The notes under the pieces are model-generated. The model did not search any database. It was not told the DNA's origin and saw nothing but the letters and a program-made list of their open reading frames with translations. A program made the position numbers and the translations under genes. Shown one piece after another: positions 33,609-43,896 of a stretch of 48,787 nt of DNA (the stretch's first letter is position 1; every line of letters begins with the position of its first letter). Origin of the DNA: Thermoleophilia bacterium (lineage in GTDB: Bacteria; Actinomycetota; Thermoleophilia; Gaiellales; F1-60-MAGs149); contig JBAXOM010000001.1 of assembly GCA_037133215.1 (NCBI GenBank), positions 1 through 48,787 on the forward strand, given 5' to 3'.

Positions 33609-34661
33609 ATGATTGTCGTCGTTGCCGTGGCAATGGCAGCGGTGGCCTGTGGTGGCGGTTCGGGCGGAGCAACCACCACAGCCGACACGGCGGTGGATCC
33701 GCTCACGGTCACAGTGCCGCCCTCTACGGTCGATGCAAACCTGCCGGTGGAGCCCGGTATTTTTCGAGTGGTCGGGCGTCCGTCGATGACGCTCGGGTTA
33801 CTGCGTGTTGCGGGCATGCATGGATTGTTGGGACAGCAAGGGCTCAGCACCCGAATTACTGAGGTGCCGACGGCTTCGGACGTGAGTAGCGAGTTGCTGG
33901 ATGGGACAGTTGACGCTGCCATCGTGGCCTCTGATGAGGCCGTCAGGCTTGACTCGAGTGGACTCCCACTCCGGACCGTGATGCTGTTGACAGCGGGCAC
34001 ATCCAACTACCAGATCTTGGCGCGTGCTGATGTGACAGACGTTCCTGGGCTTGCGGGAGCAGACGTTGCTGTGTCTCCGGGGTCGGAAGGCGAACTACTG
34101 GTGCAGGGCGCATTGGTGGCGGATCAGGTACCCAGTTCGAAGGTGCGGGTGGTCCCTGCGAGTTCCACGGATCCTGGGCTCATGCTCGTGCGCGGCGAGG
34201 TCGCGGCTGCTGCTGTCACGGCGACGCAGGCGGAGGTAGCGCTCGCTGCTGACCCCACACTCCATGTGTTGTACACGGCTGGTGATTACCCGGGGCTCGT
34301 CTCGCAGGTCCTCGTGGTTCGGCAGGATGTCGCCGACCAGCGGCCAGGACAAATTCTTGCCTTCGTGCGTAGTTGGCAGGCGTTGTACGGCTTCAACCGC
34401 GATCAGCAGGACATCGTGATCGCCGACGTTGCCAAAGTGACGGACACGGATCCAGCGATCGCTGCCGTTAACCTTGCCGGCCTCAGCTTGTACGACGTGG
34501 CGGCCAACGCAGTCGAGCTGTTACCAGGCGGCGAGTACTTTGATCAGACGATCGGCGTGATTGTTGTTGCGGCTCAGGCCGCAGGGTGGATCACGGAGCC
34601 GATCGACGGACAGCAGCTGATTGACGGGTCATTTGTCCAAGCGGTCGCGAGTGCGCGATGA
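33609..34661 (+). CDS. Lipoprotein, NMT1/SsuA/TauA-like periplasmic solute-binding protein (no cognate permease or ATPase nearby)
   Basis: Lipobox-like signal MIVVVAVAMAAVACGGGS, and the overall pattern resembles NitT/TauT-family SBPs. Start GTG 33606 or ATG 33609; the earlier part of track ORF 33348 is antisense to the aminotransferase. Confidence 0.7.
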   Translation: MIVVVAVAMAAVACGGGSGGATTTADTAVDPLTVTVPPSTVDANLPVEPGIFRVVGRPSMTLGLLRVAGMHGLLGQQGLSTRITEVPTASDVSSELLDGTVDAAIVASDEAVRLDSSGLPLRTVMLLTAGTSNYQILARADVTDVPGLAGADVAVSPGSEGELLVQGALVADQVPSSKVRVVPASSTDPGLMLVRGEVAAAAVTATQAEVALAADPTLHVLYTAGDYPGLVSQVLVVRQDVADQRPGQILAFVRSWQALYGFNRDQQDIVIADVAKVTDTDPAIAAVNLAGLSLYDVAANAVELLPGGEYFDQTIGVIVVAAQAAGWITEPIDGQQLIDGSFVQAVASAR

Positions 34662-34668
34662 TGTCTCG

Positions 34669-36186
34669 ATGAGTTCCCCCCAGACCGTGCTCCTTGATGG
34701 CGCTCCCCTGACCCGCCCGCAGATCGTGGCGGTTGCGACGGGGGAGGCGGATGTCGAACTCGGCGAGCACGCTCGGGTGCGCATTGGTGCGGCCGCCGAG
34801 ATGATCGCTCGCGTGGCGGGCGAAGGGCAGGCAGTCTACGGCGTGACCACTGGCTTTGGTTCGCTTGAGTCGGTACGGATCCCGGATCATCAGCTTTCGG
34901 AGTTGCAGGTCAATATCGTGCGGAGCCATGCCGTCGGTGTCGGTGAGCCACTGCCGGTCGACGTCACGCGCGCGATGATGGTGCTCTTGGCGGCCTCGTT
35001 GTCGCGCGGTCATTCCGGTGTGCGGGTGGAGATCGTTGAGACGCTGATCGAGCTGCTCAATCGCAACGTCACTCCTGTCGTGCCGTCGCGTGGCTCGGTC
35101 GGTGCCAGTGGCGATCTGGCACCACTTGCGCACTTAGCGCTCGCCCTGATTGGCGAGGGCGAGGCAATTTCTGCGAGCGGAGTTCGCATGCCAGGTGGAG
35201 AGGCGCTCGGCGCGATTAGTGTGGCGCCGATTGCGCTCGGCCCGAAAGAGGGACTGGCGCTGCTCAACGGGACGCATCTGATGACGGCGATTGGAGCGCT
35301 GGCATTTACGGATGCCGAACGGCTCTTCGCCGCCGCGCAGGTTGCGGCGGCAATGTCGGTCGACGCGCTGCTTGGGTCGTCGACTCCGTTTGATCCTCGA
35401 CTCAACGCCCTGCGTAACCGTCCCGAGCAGCAGGCAGTCGCGGCGCGCCTGCTCGAGTTGATGGATGGCTCGACGATGCGCGAGAGTCATGCCGACTGCG
35501 AACGCGTGCAGGATGCCTACACGTTGCGCTGCATCCCACAGGTGTTGGGTGCGATCGGCGAGGCGCTGGTCTACGTCGAGCGTGCGATCGAGCCCGAATA
35601 CGGCGCCGTCACCGACAACCCGCTCCTCATCGTGGAGGATGGCGATGTCCTGTCGGGCGGTAACTTCCACGGCCAGCCACTGTCGCTGCCGCTCGACATG
35701 TTGACGATTGCGGTGCAAGAACTGGCCGCCTTCTCCGAGCGCCGGATCTTTCGCCTGATGGACGGGCGCAGCGGCGATCCTCATTCGCTGCCGCCGTTCT
35801 TGATTGTGGACCCCGGCACGAAGTCGGGTCTGATGATCGCGCAATACATGGCTGCGAGCCTGGTCGCTGAGGGGGCTGTGTTGTCGCACCCCGCGGGCGT
35901 CGGTAGCCTGCCAACCAGCGCAGGGCAAGAGGACTTCAATTCGATGGGCGCAACAGCCGGGCTACAGGCCATGCAGGTCTTGGCACTGGCGCGACGCGTC
36001 GTGGCCGTCGAGTTGGTCTCCGCCGCACAGGGTTTTGATCTCCGCCGCCCGCTGCGGTCGGGCGAACTGCTCGAGGCCGAATACGAGAAGGTGCGTGCGC
36101 TCTCGCCACCGCTGATCGAAGATCGATCGCAAGGCGCTGAGTTTGAGGCCATCGCCGAGGCGATCTCGGCCGGCGTCTTCGGCTAG
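34669..36186 (+). CDS. hutH: Histidine ammonia-lyase
   Basis: MIO-forming triad in SVGASGDLAPLAH, YGVTTGFG, and the Ser-His selectivity pair in VRSHAVG (HAL rather than PAL/TAL). ATG 34669 lies 8 nt after the SBP stop. Confidence 0.9.
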   Translation: MSSPQTVLLDGAPLTRPQIVAVATGEADVELGEHARVRIGAAAEMIARVAGEGQAVYGVTTGFGSLESVRIPDHQLSELQVNIVRSHAVGVGEPLPVDVTRAMMVLLAASLSRGHSGVRVEIVETLIELLNRNVTPVVPSRGSVGASGDLAPLAHLALALIGEGEAISASGVRMPGGEALGAISVAPIALGPKEGLALLNGTHLMTAIGALAFTDAERLFAAAQVAAAMSVDALLGSSTPFDPRLNALRNRPEQQAVAARLLELMDGSTMRESHADCERVQDAYTLRCIPQVLGAIGEALVYVERAIEPEYGAVTDNPLLIVEDGDVLSGGNFHGQPLSLPLDMLTIAVQELAAFSERRIFRLMDGRSGDPHSLPPFLIVDPGTKSGLMIAQYMAASLVAEGAVLSHPAGVGSLPTSAGQEDFNSMGATAGLQAMQVLALARRVVAVELVSAAQGFDLRRPLRSGELLEAEYEKVRALSPPLIEDRSQGAEFEAIAEAISAGVFG

Positions 36187-36746
36187 TCGATGCGCGCGAC
36201 GTAGACTTCGCCATCAAGGACGGCGAAGGTTGTGGCGTCATCGAGTTGGAGAGCGTCTTGTTCGCCGAGCACGTGCTCGTCGCCATCAACTTCGATTGTG
36301 GCTGAGGTGCCGAGTGCGATCGCGAAGGCGATGTGTTCCTCGATCTGCAGGGTGTCGCCGATGTTCAAGATGTCGACTGTGCCCTGTACGCGCGTGCGAT
36401 CCCACATCAGGTTGAGGTCGCGGCCACTACCGGGCGCCATCGTCAGACTCGTTGGTATGTCGCCAGGGAAGGCGATCGCCGTGTGTTCCGCTAGCGGCTC
36501 GGGTTCGGCGCCTGCGATCGTCAACTGCACATCCTCGCCCTCAAGCAAGACGAGGATGCGATCGACATCGGCAATCTCGGAGAACGGGCCGTCGCCAGCG
36601 AGGTCGGCCATCGAGAGTCGCCAGAGGAATGGCGCCTGACTCTCGCCGGGGCTGTCATCGATTGCGATCTCGTGCGTCGTGCCAGCGCCGTTTCGCCACG
36701 GCATCGCCACGTAGTCGGAGGACGGCAGATAGGTGACGAGGGCCAC
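36183..36746 (-). CDS. hutD: HutD/Ves-family cupin-like protein
   Basis: N-terminal YVAMPWRNGAGTTHEI motif, and about 187 aa from GTG 36746. The remaining 315 aa of track ORF 36183-37691 are antisense to the NAPRTase gene. The stop overlaps the hutH stop within CTAG. Confidence 0.75.
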   Translation of the reverse strand: MALVTYLPSSDYVAMPWRNGAGTTHEIAIDDSPGESQAPFLWRLSMADLAGDGPFSEIADVDRILVLLEGEDVQLTIAGAEPEPLAEHTAIAFPGDIPTSLTMAPGSGRDLNLMWDRTRVQGTVDILNIGDTLQIEEHIAFAIALGTSATIEVDGDEHVLGEQDALQLDDATTFAVLDGEVYVARID

Positions 36747-36803
36747 ACAGGCAGTATGCGGGTCGTGGCGGATCTGCGATTCCCTGTACGATCCTCGCCA
36801 CAG

Positions 36804-37907
36804 ATGAACGTCTTGCCCCGCACCACGAAGACTCGTCTCCCGTCGGAGGTCTTTGACCTGCCCGTGGACAAGATCCGTGCGGGCTATTACTCGGACGCGT
36901 ACTTCAATTACACGCAGAAGGTGCTGGAGCGTGACGAGCACCGGCCGCGCGTCTTGGTGCAGGTTTTCCAGCGCTACTCCTCGGTACTTGGAGGCGTTGA
37001 CGAGGCGATTGCGACGCTGCGTGAGTGTGCGGGACTCACGCGCGATGACGGCACCTGGGAACCCGGCTGGGAGCACCTCGAAGTCCACGCGCTCTACGAC
37101 GGTGACGAGATCGAGCCGTGGGAAAGTGTGATGACGATTGAGGGTGACTACGCCCACTTCTGCCATCTCGAGACGGTCTATCTCGGCAGCCTCGCGCGCC
37201 GCAGTCTCGTCGCAACCAACGTGCGTGAAGTGGTTCAGGCCGCTTCGCCGAAGCCGATCATGTACTTCCCTGCACGTCACGACCATTACCGCGTGCAGAC
37301 GGGCGATGGCTATGCCGCGCACGTGGCCGGCGCGATTGGTGTCTCGACGGATGCCCAGGCAGCCTGGTGGGGCGATCGTGGTCTCGGCACGGTGCCGCAC
37401 GGTCTGATCGCGGCCTACGGTGGCGATACGGTCGCGGCCGCCGAAGCCTTTGCCCGTTGCACCGACCCCGAGCAGAACCTCGTGGTGCTCGTCGACTTTG
37501 AGAACGACAGTGTCGGGACGGCGTTGCGTGTGGCCGACGCATTGGGCAAGCGCCTGTGGGGCGTGCGTCTCGATACGTCGGGCACGATGGTCGATCGCTC
37601 GCTGTGGGACATGATGGGCCGGTTCGATCCGCGTGGTGTCAACCCGCAGTTGGTCTGGAATGTGCGCAGTGCGCTCGACGCGGCAGGACACGAGAACGTG
37701 CGGATCGTCGTCTCGGGTGGCTTTAACGCCGAGAAGATCAGGGCCTTTGAGGCTGCGGGTGTGCCGGTCGATTCGTATGGAGTCGGTTCGGCCCTGATTC
37801 GCGGTGCACGCGACTTTACGGCCGATGTCGTGATGGTCGACGGCAAAGCGGGTGGCAAACGTGGACGCGATCCACTACCGAACCCGCGCCTCGAACGCGT
37901 TCTGTAA
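36804..37907 (+). CDS. Nicotinate phosphoribosyltransferase (archaeal/short type II PRTase family)
   Basis: SDAYFNYT, GTVPHGLIAA, VLVDFENDSV, GVRLDTSG, IVVSGGFNAEKI, GVGSALI. Start trimmed to ATG 36804. Confidence 0.8.
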   Translation: MNVLPRTTKTRLPSEVFDLPVDKIRAGYYSDAYFNYTQKVLERDEHRPRVLVQVFQRYSSVLGGVDEAIATLRECAGLTRDDGTWEPGWEHLEVHALYDGDEIEPWESVMTIEGDYAHFCHLETVYLGSLARRSLVATNVREVVQAASPKPIMYFPARHDHYRVQTGDGYAAHVAGAIGVSTDAQAAWWGDRGLGTVPHGLIAAYGGDTVAAAEAFARCTDPEQNLVVLVDFENDSVGTALRVADALGKRLWGVRLDTSGTMVDRSLWDMMGRFDPRGVNPQLVWNVRSALDAAGHENVRIVVSGGFNAEKIRAFEAAGVPVDSYGVGSALIRGARDFTADVVMVDGKAGGKRGRDPLPNPRLERVL

Positions 37908-37980
37908 GTCACGACGCACGTCGGCGAGCCAGCCTGCCTAGAGAGACCGCGACGGTTGACCTCCGATACGATGACGCCCT

Positions 37981-38406
37981 GTGGACGGCGCCATTGGCAT
38001 TCATCACCTCGGCATTGCCGTGTCGGATCTCGAGGCGGCTGCGCAGCAGTACGCCCTCCTGATCGGCGCGACTATTGATCACGGCCACGACTCGGAAGAG
38101 TTGGGCACGCGTGCACTAGCAATTCGTACACCGGAGGGTCCGATGATCGAGCTTGTCGCACCGTACGCCGATGACACCCCCGTTGGGCGCTTCATTGCGA
38201 AGCGCGGCGAGGGCATGCATCACGTCGCCTACGAGGTTGCCGACATCGACGTCGAGTGTGCACGGTTGCTGGCCGCCGGAGTTGAGATGATTGACGAAGC
38301 GCCGCGTGCGGGGCTGTTCGGTCTGCAGGTCGCCTTTATTCACCCTGACGCCCTACGAGGCGTCTTGCTCGAAATCGTCCAACCGGGAGGACATCAGCAT
38401 GGCTGA
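37981..38406 (+). CDS. mce: Methylmalonyl-CoA epimerase (VOC/glyoxalase fold)
   Basis: IHHLGIAVSDLE, GEGMHHVAYEVADID, AFIHPDALRGVLLEIVQ. Confidence 0.8.
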   Translation: MDGAIGIHHLGIAVSDLEAAAQQYALLIGATIDHGHDSEELGTRALAIRTPEGPMIELVAPYADDTPVGRFIAKRGEGMHHVAYEVADIDVECARLLAAGVEMIDEAPRAGLFGLQVAFIHPDALRGVLLEIVQPGGHQHG

Positions 38407-38614
38407 GAACGTACGTGTAGAGATTGGTTTTGTTGGTGGTGGTACGACCTCCGCGACGCTTTCGGATGCGGCGTGGAAGAAGTTGTTGAAGGCCGTCGAG
38501 AAGGGCGAGGAAGGCGTGCTCGAACTCGCCTCGGAGACCGGCGACCTGTTCGTCCGGTCGAGTCAGGTCGCGTTTATGCGGGTCCTCTCGAAAGAGGCTC
38601 GCGTCGGCTTCTAA
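38399..38614 (+). CDS. Small conserved protein, DUF3107-like (71 aa)
   Basis: MAENVRVEIGFVGGG...LELASETGDLFVRSSQVAFMRVLSKEARVGF resembles my memory of actinobacterial DUF3107 proteins. The ATG overlaps the mce 3' end by 8 nt. Confidence 0.5.
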   Translation: MAENVRVEIGFVGGGTTSATLSDAAWKKLLKAVEKGEEGVLELASETGDLFVRSSQVAFMRVLSKEARVGF

Positions 38615-38657
38615 CGACCTCCTCGGGAGGGTCACTGCCGCGGACGAAGCGCTGCTC

Positions 38658-39140
38658 GTGGCAGCCGCGCGTCTGCGCAGCCCCAACGTCGATCGCGTGG
38701 TCAGCGGCTATTCGCTGCTCGGCAATAGCGGATTGGGCTGGGTTGCGCTCGGCGTAGTGATCTCTGTGGTCAAGCGCGATCCACGACCAGCCGTCGCAAC
38801 TGCCGTCGCGGTCTGGGGGACACTCGGCGTCAACTATGGCGTCAAGCTGATCGCCAAGCGCGAGCGCCCGAATCTTGAGGATGCACCTCAGGCGATTGAG
38901 GCTCCGACCACGTCGTCCTTCCCTTCGTCGCACGCCGCGATGTCGGCGGCGGCTGCCGTTGCGCTCGGCGATGCGGTTCCGTTTGCACGCCTTCCACTGA
39001 AACTCGCGGCGGCCACGATGGCGTACACACGCGTCCATCTTGGTGTCCATCACCCGAGCGATGTGGTGGCTGGCTATGCACTCGGTGCGGTCACGGGACG
39101 GGTCGCGCGGCTCGTCGTGCCTGCGCGGCGGCGCCGCTAA
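38658..39140 (+). CDS. PAP2-family (acid phosphatase / undecaprenyl-diphosphatase-like) membrane phosphatase
   Basis: The three PAP2 motifs are present: KRERPN, SFPSSHA and RVHLGVHHPSDVVAG. The frame stays open upstream of GTG 38658, so the true start may be a non-canonical codon further upstream. Confidence 0.8.
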   Translation: MAAARLRSPNVDRVVSGYSLLGNSGLGWVALGVVISVVKRDPRPAVATAVAVWGTLGVNYGVKLIAKRERPNLEDAPQAIEAPTTSSFPSSHAAMSAAAAVALGDAVPFARLPLKLAAATMAYTRVHLGVHHPSDVVAGYALGAVTGRVARLVVPARRRR

Positions 39141-39168
39141 GCAGCGACCCCGGATATCGTCACGTCTT

Positions 39169-40251
39169 GTGGCTAGCCTGGAAATCGGAATCATCGGTCT
39201 GCCGAACTGCGGCAAGACCACCATCTTCAATGCGTTGACCGGCGCGGGCGTCGTCGTCCAGCCGTTCGCCGCGACCGAGGTTTCCGTCAATACCGGTGTC
39301 GCACAGGTTCCGGATGCTCGCATGGCGCCGCTTGCCACGGTCGAAGATTCGCAGCGTCTCGTGCCGCCGACGGTACAGCTGGTCGATGTGGCGGGCTTGC
39401 AGCGTGGCGCGGGTCGCGATGGCGGGCTCAGCGGTGAGTTTCTTCAGGCATTACGTGCAGCAGACGCGTTGATTCACGTCGTGCGCACCTTCGAGGACGA
39501 AGCCGTCTTCCACGTCGATGGTCGTATCGACCCCGCGGCAGATGCCGAAGGTGTCGATCTCGAGTTGTTGTTTGCCGACGGTGCGCTCGTAACGAAGCGA
39601 CTGGAGCGCCTCGAGCGAGCCGTCAAGGTAGGACAGAAAGAGGCCAAGGCCGAGGCGGATCTGTTGTCCGAGCTCGCCGTGGTGCTTGACGCCGGCTCGC
39701 CTGCGCGGGACTTTGCCAAGTTCAAGGCGCTGCCGCTCGAGGTGCAGTCAGACCTCTTGACGGCGAAGCCAATGATGTACGTCGCCAACACCTCCGAGTC
39801 CGGTGACCCCGAGGCCGTCGCGGCACTTCAGGCCTATGCAGGCACGGCCGAGGTGGTCGCGGTTGCGGGTCGCTTCGAGTCGGACCTGGCAGAGATCGAG
39901 GATCCTGAGGAGCGCACGTTGTTCCTCGCCGAGATTGGGCAGGAAGAGCCCAGCGCACCACGCGTTGCTGCCGCCGCGTTCCGCATGCTTGAGCTGATCA
40001 CGTTCTTCACGGCCGGCCCGAAAGACGTCTGGGCGTGGACGATTCGTCAGGGTTCGAACGCCGTTGAGGCGGGGGGCAAAATCCACACCGATATTGCTCG
40101 TGGCTTCATTCGCGCCGAGGTCATCAACTGGCAAGACCTCGTCAACGCGGGCTCGCGCGCCGAGGCCACGAAGCTTGGCCAGCTGCGCGTTGAGGGCAAG
40201 GACTACATCGTCCAAGACGGCGATGTTCTCAACGTGCGCTTCAACGTCTAG
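39169..40251 (+). CDS. ychF: Redox-regulated ATPase YchF (Obg-like)
   Basis: P-loop IGIIGLPNCGKTTIFNALT and C-terminal TGS-like YIVQDGDVLNVRFNV. Start trimmed to GTG 39169. Confidence 0.9.
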   Translation: MASLEIGIIGLPNCGKTTIFNALTGAGVVVQPFAATEVSVNTGVAQVPDARMAPLATVEDSQRLVPPTVQLVDVAGLQRGAGRDGGLSGEFLQALRAADALIHVVRTFEDEAVFHVDGRIDPAADAEGVDLELLFADGALVTKRLERLERAVKVGQKEAKAEADLLSELAVVLDAGSPARDFAKFKALPLEVQSDLLTAKPMMYVANTSESGDPEAVAALQAYAGTAEVVAVAGRFESDLAEIEDPEERTLFLAEIGQEEPSAPRVAAAAFRMLELITFFTAGPKDVWAWTIRQGSNAVEAGGKIHTDIARGFIRAEVINWQDLVNAGSRAEATKLGQLRVEGKDYIVQDGDVLNVRFNV

Positions 40252-40299
40252 GCGCTACGCTTTAGGCAGGTACGATCGACCTGCGGGAGGGAGCCTCGG

Positions 40300-40659
40300 A
40301 TGAACGCCGAAGAGACAATGCGCGCGCTCGCCGCAGCGTGGGAGAACGGCGACCCCGACGCGATCGCCGACCGCTTCGCGCCTGACGGTGTCTATGAGGG
40401 GCCACTCTTCGACGGGTTTCCTGTCGGCCCGCAGGCGGTGCGTACCGCCTGCGCCGCGGCCTTCGCAGAGATCTCCGAAGTACGCGTGCCGATCACGCAC
40501 CTTGCTATGACGGGCGACGTCGCACTTGCGGAGGGCCAGTTTCTCTCTGCGGACCTCGCGGGTGTGCGCTGCGACTTTGATCTGGTGATGGTCGTCGAGC
40601 TGCGCGAGGGGATGATCATCCGCTTCACGGAGTACTTCGACACGGCGAAGGTAGGCTGA
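40300..40659 (+). CDS. SnoaL/NTF2-like small protein
   Basis: 119 aa. AAWENGDPDAIADRFAPDGVYEGP is typical of SnoaL-like domains. GGGAGGGA RBS upstream. Confidence 0.7.
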   Translation: MNAEETMRALAAAWENGDPDAIADRFAPDGVYEGPLFDGFPVGPQAVRTACAAAFAEISEVRVPITHLAMTGDVALAEGQFLSADLAGVRCDFDLVMVVELREGMIIRFTEYFDTAKVG

Positions 40660-40662
40660 GTC

Positions 40663-41919
40663 GTGGCGACCGGTCTGCCCCAGGAGATCGAGGTGGTGGT
40701 GGTTGGTGGTGGCCACGCGGGTATCGCGATCAGCGAGCATCTCGGCTCTCGAGGGATTCCACACATCGTGCTCGAACGCGATCGCATTGCCGAGCGCTGG
40801 CGTTCGGGGCGTTGGGATTCGCTCGTGGCCAACGGTCCTGCATGGCACGATCGCTTCCCGGGTCTCGCTTTCGAGGGCGTGGACCCCGATGCCTTTCCGG
40901 GCAAGGAGCGCGTTGCCGACTATTTCGTCGACTACGCCAAACAGATCGAAGCGCCGATCCATACGGGCGTCGACGTCACGTCTGTGCAGCGCCATGGCGA
41001 TCGCCGTGGCTTCCGGGTGGAGACCTCGGCCGGAGCGATCGACGCCGACTACGTCATTGCCGCGACGGGCCCCTTCCAAGTGCCGGTCATCCCGTCATTG
41101 GTGCCGGCAGACGCACCCGTGCTGCAGATCCACTCGAGCGATTACAAGAATCCGGAGCAGCTGCCGGACGGCGGAGTGCTCGTGGTCGGTGGTGGCGCAT
41201 CGGGTGTCCAGATTGCGGATGAGTTGCAGCGCTCGGGACGTTCGGTGCAGATGGCGATCGGTCCGCACACGCGCCCGCCGCGCCGCTATCGCGACCGCGA
41301 CTTTGTCTGGTGGCTCGGCGTGCTTGGTCTTTGGGATCTCCAGACGCCACCGGCCGGCGCAGAGCACGTCACGATCGCCTTCAGTGGCGCGTACGGTGGT
41401 CGTACGATCGACTTTCGAGACCTCGTCGCCGAGGGAATGACGGTGTACGGCCGGGCCGAGTCGTACGCGGATGGCGTCGTGCGCTTTGCTCCCGACCTCA
41501 CCGACAACATCGCGCACGGCGACGCGTACTACCTCGACCTGTTGGACCAGGCCGACGCGTACGTCGAGCGCAACGGTCTCGACCTGCCCGAGGAGCCGCA
41601 GGCGCGCCTGCTCGGTCCGTTGCCCGCGTGCATCACGCAGCCCGTGCTCGAGCTTGATCTCGCCGCTGCGGGCGTAACAACGATCATCTGGGCGACAGGA
41701 TTCCGGACCGACTACGGGTGGCTACAGGTCGACGCTTTCGACGCGGCCGGCAAGCCCGACCACAAGCGTGGCGTGTCAGCCGAACCCGGCGTCTACTTCC
41801 TTGGCCTGCCGTGGCTTTCGCGGCGCGGCTCGAGTTTCATCTGGGGCGTCTGGAGCGATGCCGGCTACGTCGCCGACCACATTGCCGGCCAGCGCATGTA
41901 CGTCGCGTACCGCTCCTAG
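40663..41919 (+). CDS. FAD/NAD(P)-dependent flavin monooxygenase-like oxidoreductase (CzcO-type)
   Basis: Two dinucleotide-binding motifs, VVVVGGGHAGIA and VLVVGGGASGVQIA. It starts 4 nt after the SnoaL-like gene. Confidence 0.8.
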   Translation: MATGLPQEIEVVVVGGGHAGIAISEHLGSRGIPHIVLERDRIAERWRSGRWDSLVANGPAWHDRFPGLAFEGVDPDAFPGKERVADYFVDYAKQIEAPIHTGVDVTSVQRHGDRRGFRVETSAGAIDADYVIAATGPFQVPVIPSLVPADAPVLQIHSSDYKNPEQLPDGGVLVVGGGASGVQIADELQRSGRSVQMAIGPHTRPPRRYRDRDFVWWLGVLGLWDLQTPPAGAEHVTIAFSGAYGGRTIDFRDLVAEGMTVYGRAESYADGVVRFAPDLTDNIAHGDAYYLDLLDQADAYVERNGLDLPEEPQARLLGPLPACITQPVLELDLAAAGVTTIIWATGFRTDYGWLQVDAFDAAGKPDHKRGVSAEPGVYFLGLPWLSRRGSSFIWGVWSDAGYVADHIAGQRMYVAYRS

Positions 41920-41943
41920 TACTCCAACCCGGTCCGGATTGCG

Positions 41944-42534
41944 TTACCCCAACGAGAGCGTGCTCGGACCGTTGCGCTCGCGATCGCGCTCGTACTCGGC
42001 CAGCTTGTCTTCGCGCAGCAGCGTCAGGGCGATGTCGTCCCAGCCGTTGAGGAGGTTCTCGCGCGTCTTCGGGTCGACGGGAAACTCGATCGTGCGACCG
42101 TCGGGCATCACGATCGTCTGCGTCTCGAGATCGACGGTGATCTCGGCCGGTGCGGCGTCGAGCAGCTCGCGCACCTCAGCCTCTGGCAGTTCGACCGTCA
42201 AGAGGCCAATCTTCGAGCAGTTGGAGCGGAAAATGTCGGCGAAGCTCTGGGCGATCACGACGCGGTAGCCCCAATCCTGCAGGCCCCACGGTGCGTGCTC
42301 GCGCGACGAGCCCGAGCCGAAGTTCGGACCGGCGACCAGGATCGGTGCGTTACGGAACTCGGGGCGCTCGAGCACGAAGTCGTCTTCGTCGTTGCGCCAG
42401 TCGAAGAACAAGAATTCTCCGAAGCCCGTGCGCTCGATGCGCTTGAGGAACTGCTTGGGCATGATCTGATCGGTATCGACGTTGGCGCGGTCAAGCGGTG
42501 CGGTCGTGCCGGTAATGCGGATGAACGGCTCCAT
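41944..42534 (-). CDS. leuD: 3-isopropylmalate dehydratase small subunit
   Basis: PLDRANVDTDQIMPKQFLKRI, GPNFGSGSSREHAPW. Confidence 0.95.
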   Translation of the reverse strand: MEPFIRITGTTAPLDRANVDTDQIMPKQFLKRIERTGFGEFLFFDWRNDEDDFVLERPEFRNAPILVAGPNFGSGSSREHAPWGLQDWGYRVVIAQSFADIFRSNCSKIGLLTVELPEAEVRELLDAAPAEITVDLETQTIVMPDGRTIEFPVDPKTRENLLNGWDDIALTLLREDKLAEYERDRERNGPSTLSLG

Positions 42535-42537
42535 CGT

Positions 42538-43896
42538 CTACTCCCACTCTCGAACGTCGGTCAGGTGCCCGGTGATCGCGGCAGCGGCTGCCATCTCGGG
42601 GCTCATCAGGTGTGTGCGGCCGCCCTTGCCTTGTCGTCCCTCGAAGTTGCGGTTCGAGGTCGAGGCACAGCGCTCGCCTGGCTGGAGGATGTCGGGGTTC
42701 ATGCCGAGGCACATCGAGCAGCCCGCGTTACGCCAGTCGAAACCGGCGTCGACGAAGATCTTGTCGAGGCCTTCGCGCTCGGCTTGGGCCTTGACGAGCA
42801 TCGAGCCCGGCACGACCATCGCGTTGACGGTCGAGGCGACCTTGCGGCCCTCCACGATCTGAGCGGCGGCGCGGAGGTCTTCGATGCGACTGTTGGTGCA
42901 CGAGCCGATAAAGACGCGGTCGATCATCACGTCCTGCAGCGGCGTCCCAGCCTTCAGGTCCATGTAGGCCAGTGCGCGCTCTTCATCATCGGTGGTCGGC
43001 TCGGGCACGGAGGCCGTGATCGGGGCAACCTGGCCTGGGTTCGTGCCCCACGAAACCTGCGGCGCCATGTTTGCGACGTCGACGATCTCGACGCGGTCAT
43101 ACTCGGCGTCAGGGTCGGAGCGCAGCTGGCTCCACTCGGCGACAGCGGCGTCGAAGTCTTTCGGTGCACCTGGCTTGCCTTCGACGTACGCGAACGTCTT
43201 GTCGTCGGGTGCTACGTAGCCCGCTCGCGCGCCGGCCTCGATCGACATGTTGCAGATCGTCATGCGGCCTTCCATCGACAGCGCCTCGATCGCAGGGCCG
43301 GCGTACTCGAGCACGTAGCCCGCGCCGCCCGCAGCGGTGATCTGGCCGATCAGGCCGAGGATGTAGTCCTTCGCGACAATGCCGCGACCAGCCTCGCCCT
43401 CGAAGCGGACGAGCATCTTCTTGGCCTTCTTCTGCGGCAGGGTCTGGGTGGCGAGCACGTGCTCGACTTCACTCGTGCCAATGCCGAAGGCGAGCGCACC
43501 GAAGGCGCCGTGCGTAGCCGTATGCGAGTCGCCGCAGACGATCGTCATACCGGGCTGCGTGACGCCCAGTTCGGGACCAATCACGTGGACGATGCCTTGG
43601 CGGCGATGGCCCCACGGGTAGTAGACGATGCCGAAGTCTTCGACGTTCTGTTTGAGCGTGTCGATCTGCTTTTTCGAGATCGGGTCGCTGATGCCGTCGG
43701 TGATCGCGGAAGTCGGCGTGTTGTGATCAGCCGTCGCGAGTGTGCGGTCGGGGCGACGGACACCACGACCGGCGAGGCGGAGGCTCTCAAACGCCTGGGG
43801 GGTCGTGACTTCGTGGATCAGGTGCAGGTCGATAAAGAGCAGGTCGTTATCGATGACATGCGAATCCCAGATCTTCTCGTAGGTCGTGCGTCCCAC
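42538..43896 (-). CDS. leuC: 3-isopropylmalate dehydratase large subunit
   Basis: [36 protein letters not shown] 43896 has AAGGAG 8 nt upstream. The track start at 44037 adds an implausible 47-aa extension. Confidence 0.95.
   Translation of the reverse strand: MGRTTYEKIWDSHVIDNDLLFIDLHLIHEVTTPQAFESLRLAGRGVRRPDRTLATADHNTPTSAITDGISDPISKKQIDTLKQNVEDFGIVYYPWGHRRQGIVHVIGPELGVTQPGMTIVCGDSHTATHGAFGALAFGIGTSEVEHVLATQTLPQKKAKKMLVRFEGEAGRGIVAKDYILGLIGQITAAGGAGYVLEYAGPAIEALSMEGRMTICNMSIEAGARAGYVAPDDKTFAYVEGKPGAPKDFDAAVAEWSQLRSDPDAEYDRVEIVDVANMAPQVSWGTNPGQVAPITASVPEPTTDDEERALAYMDLKAGTPLQDVMIDRVFIGSCTNSRIEDLRAAAQIVEGRKVASTVNAMVVPGSMLVKAQAEREGLDKIFVDAGFDWRNAGCSMCLGMNPDILQPGERCASTSNRNFEGRQGKGGRTHLMSPEMAAAAAITGHLTDVREWE

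Noticed and set aside
36747-37691. N-terminal 315 aa of track ORF 36183-37691
   Set aside because: It is antisense to the NAPRTase gene. HutD-family proteins are about 190 aa, and the PWRNGAGTTHEI motif sits about 15 residues after the in-frame GTG at 36746.
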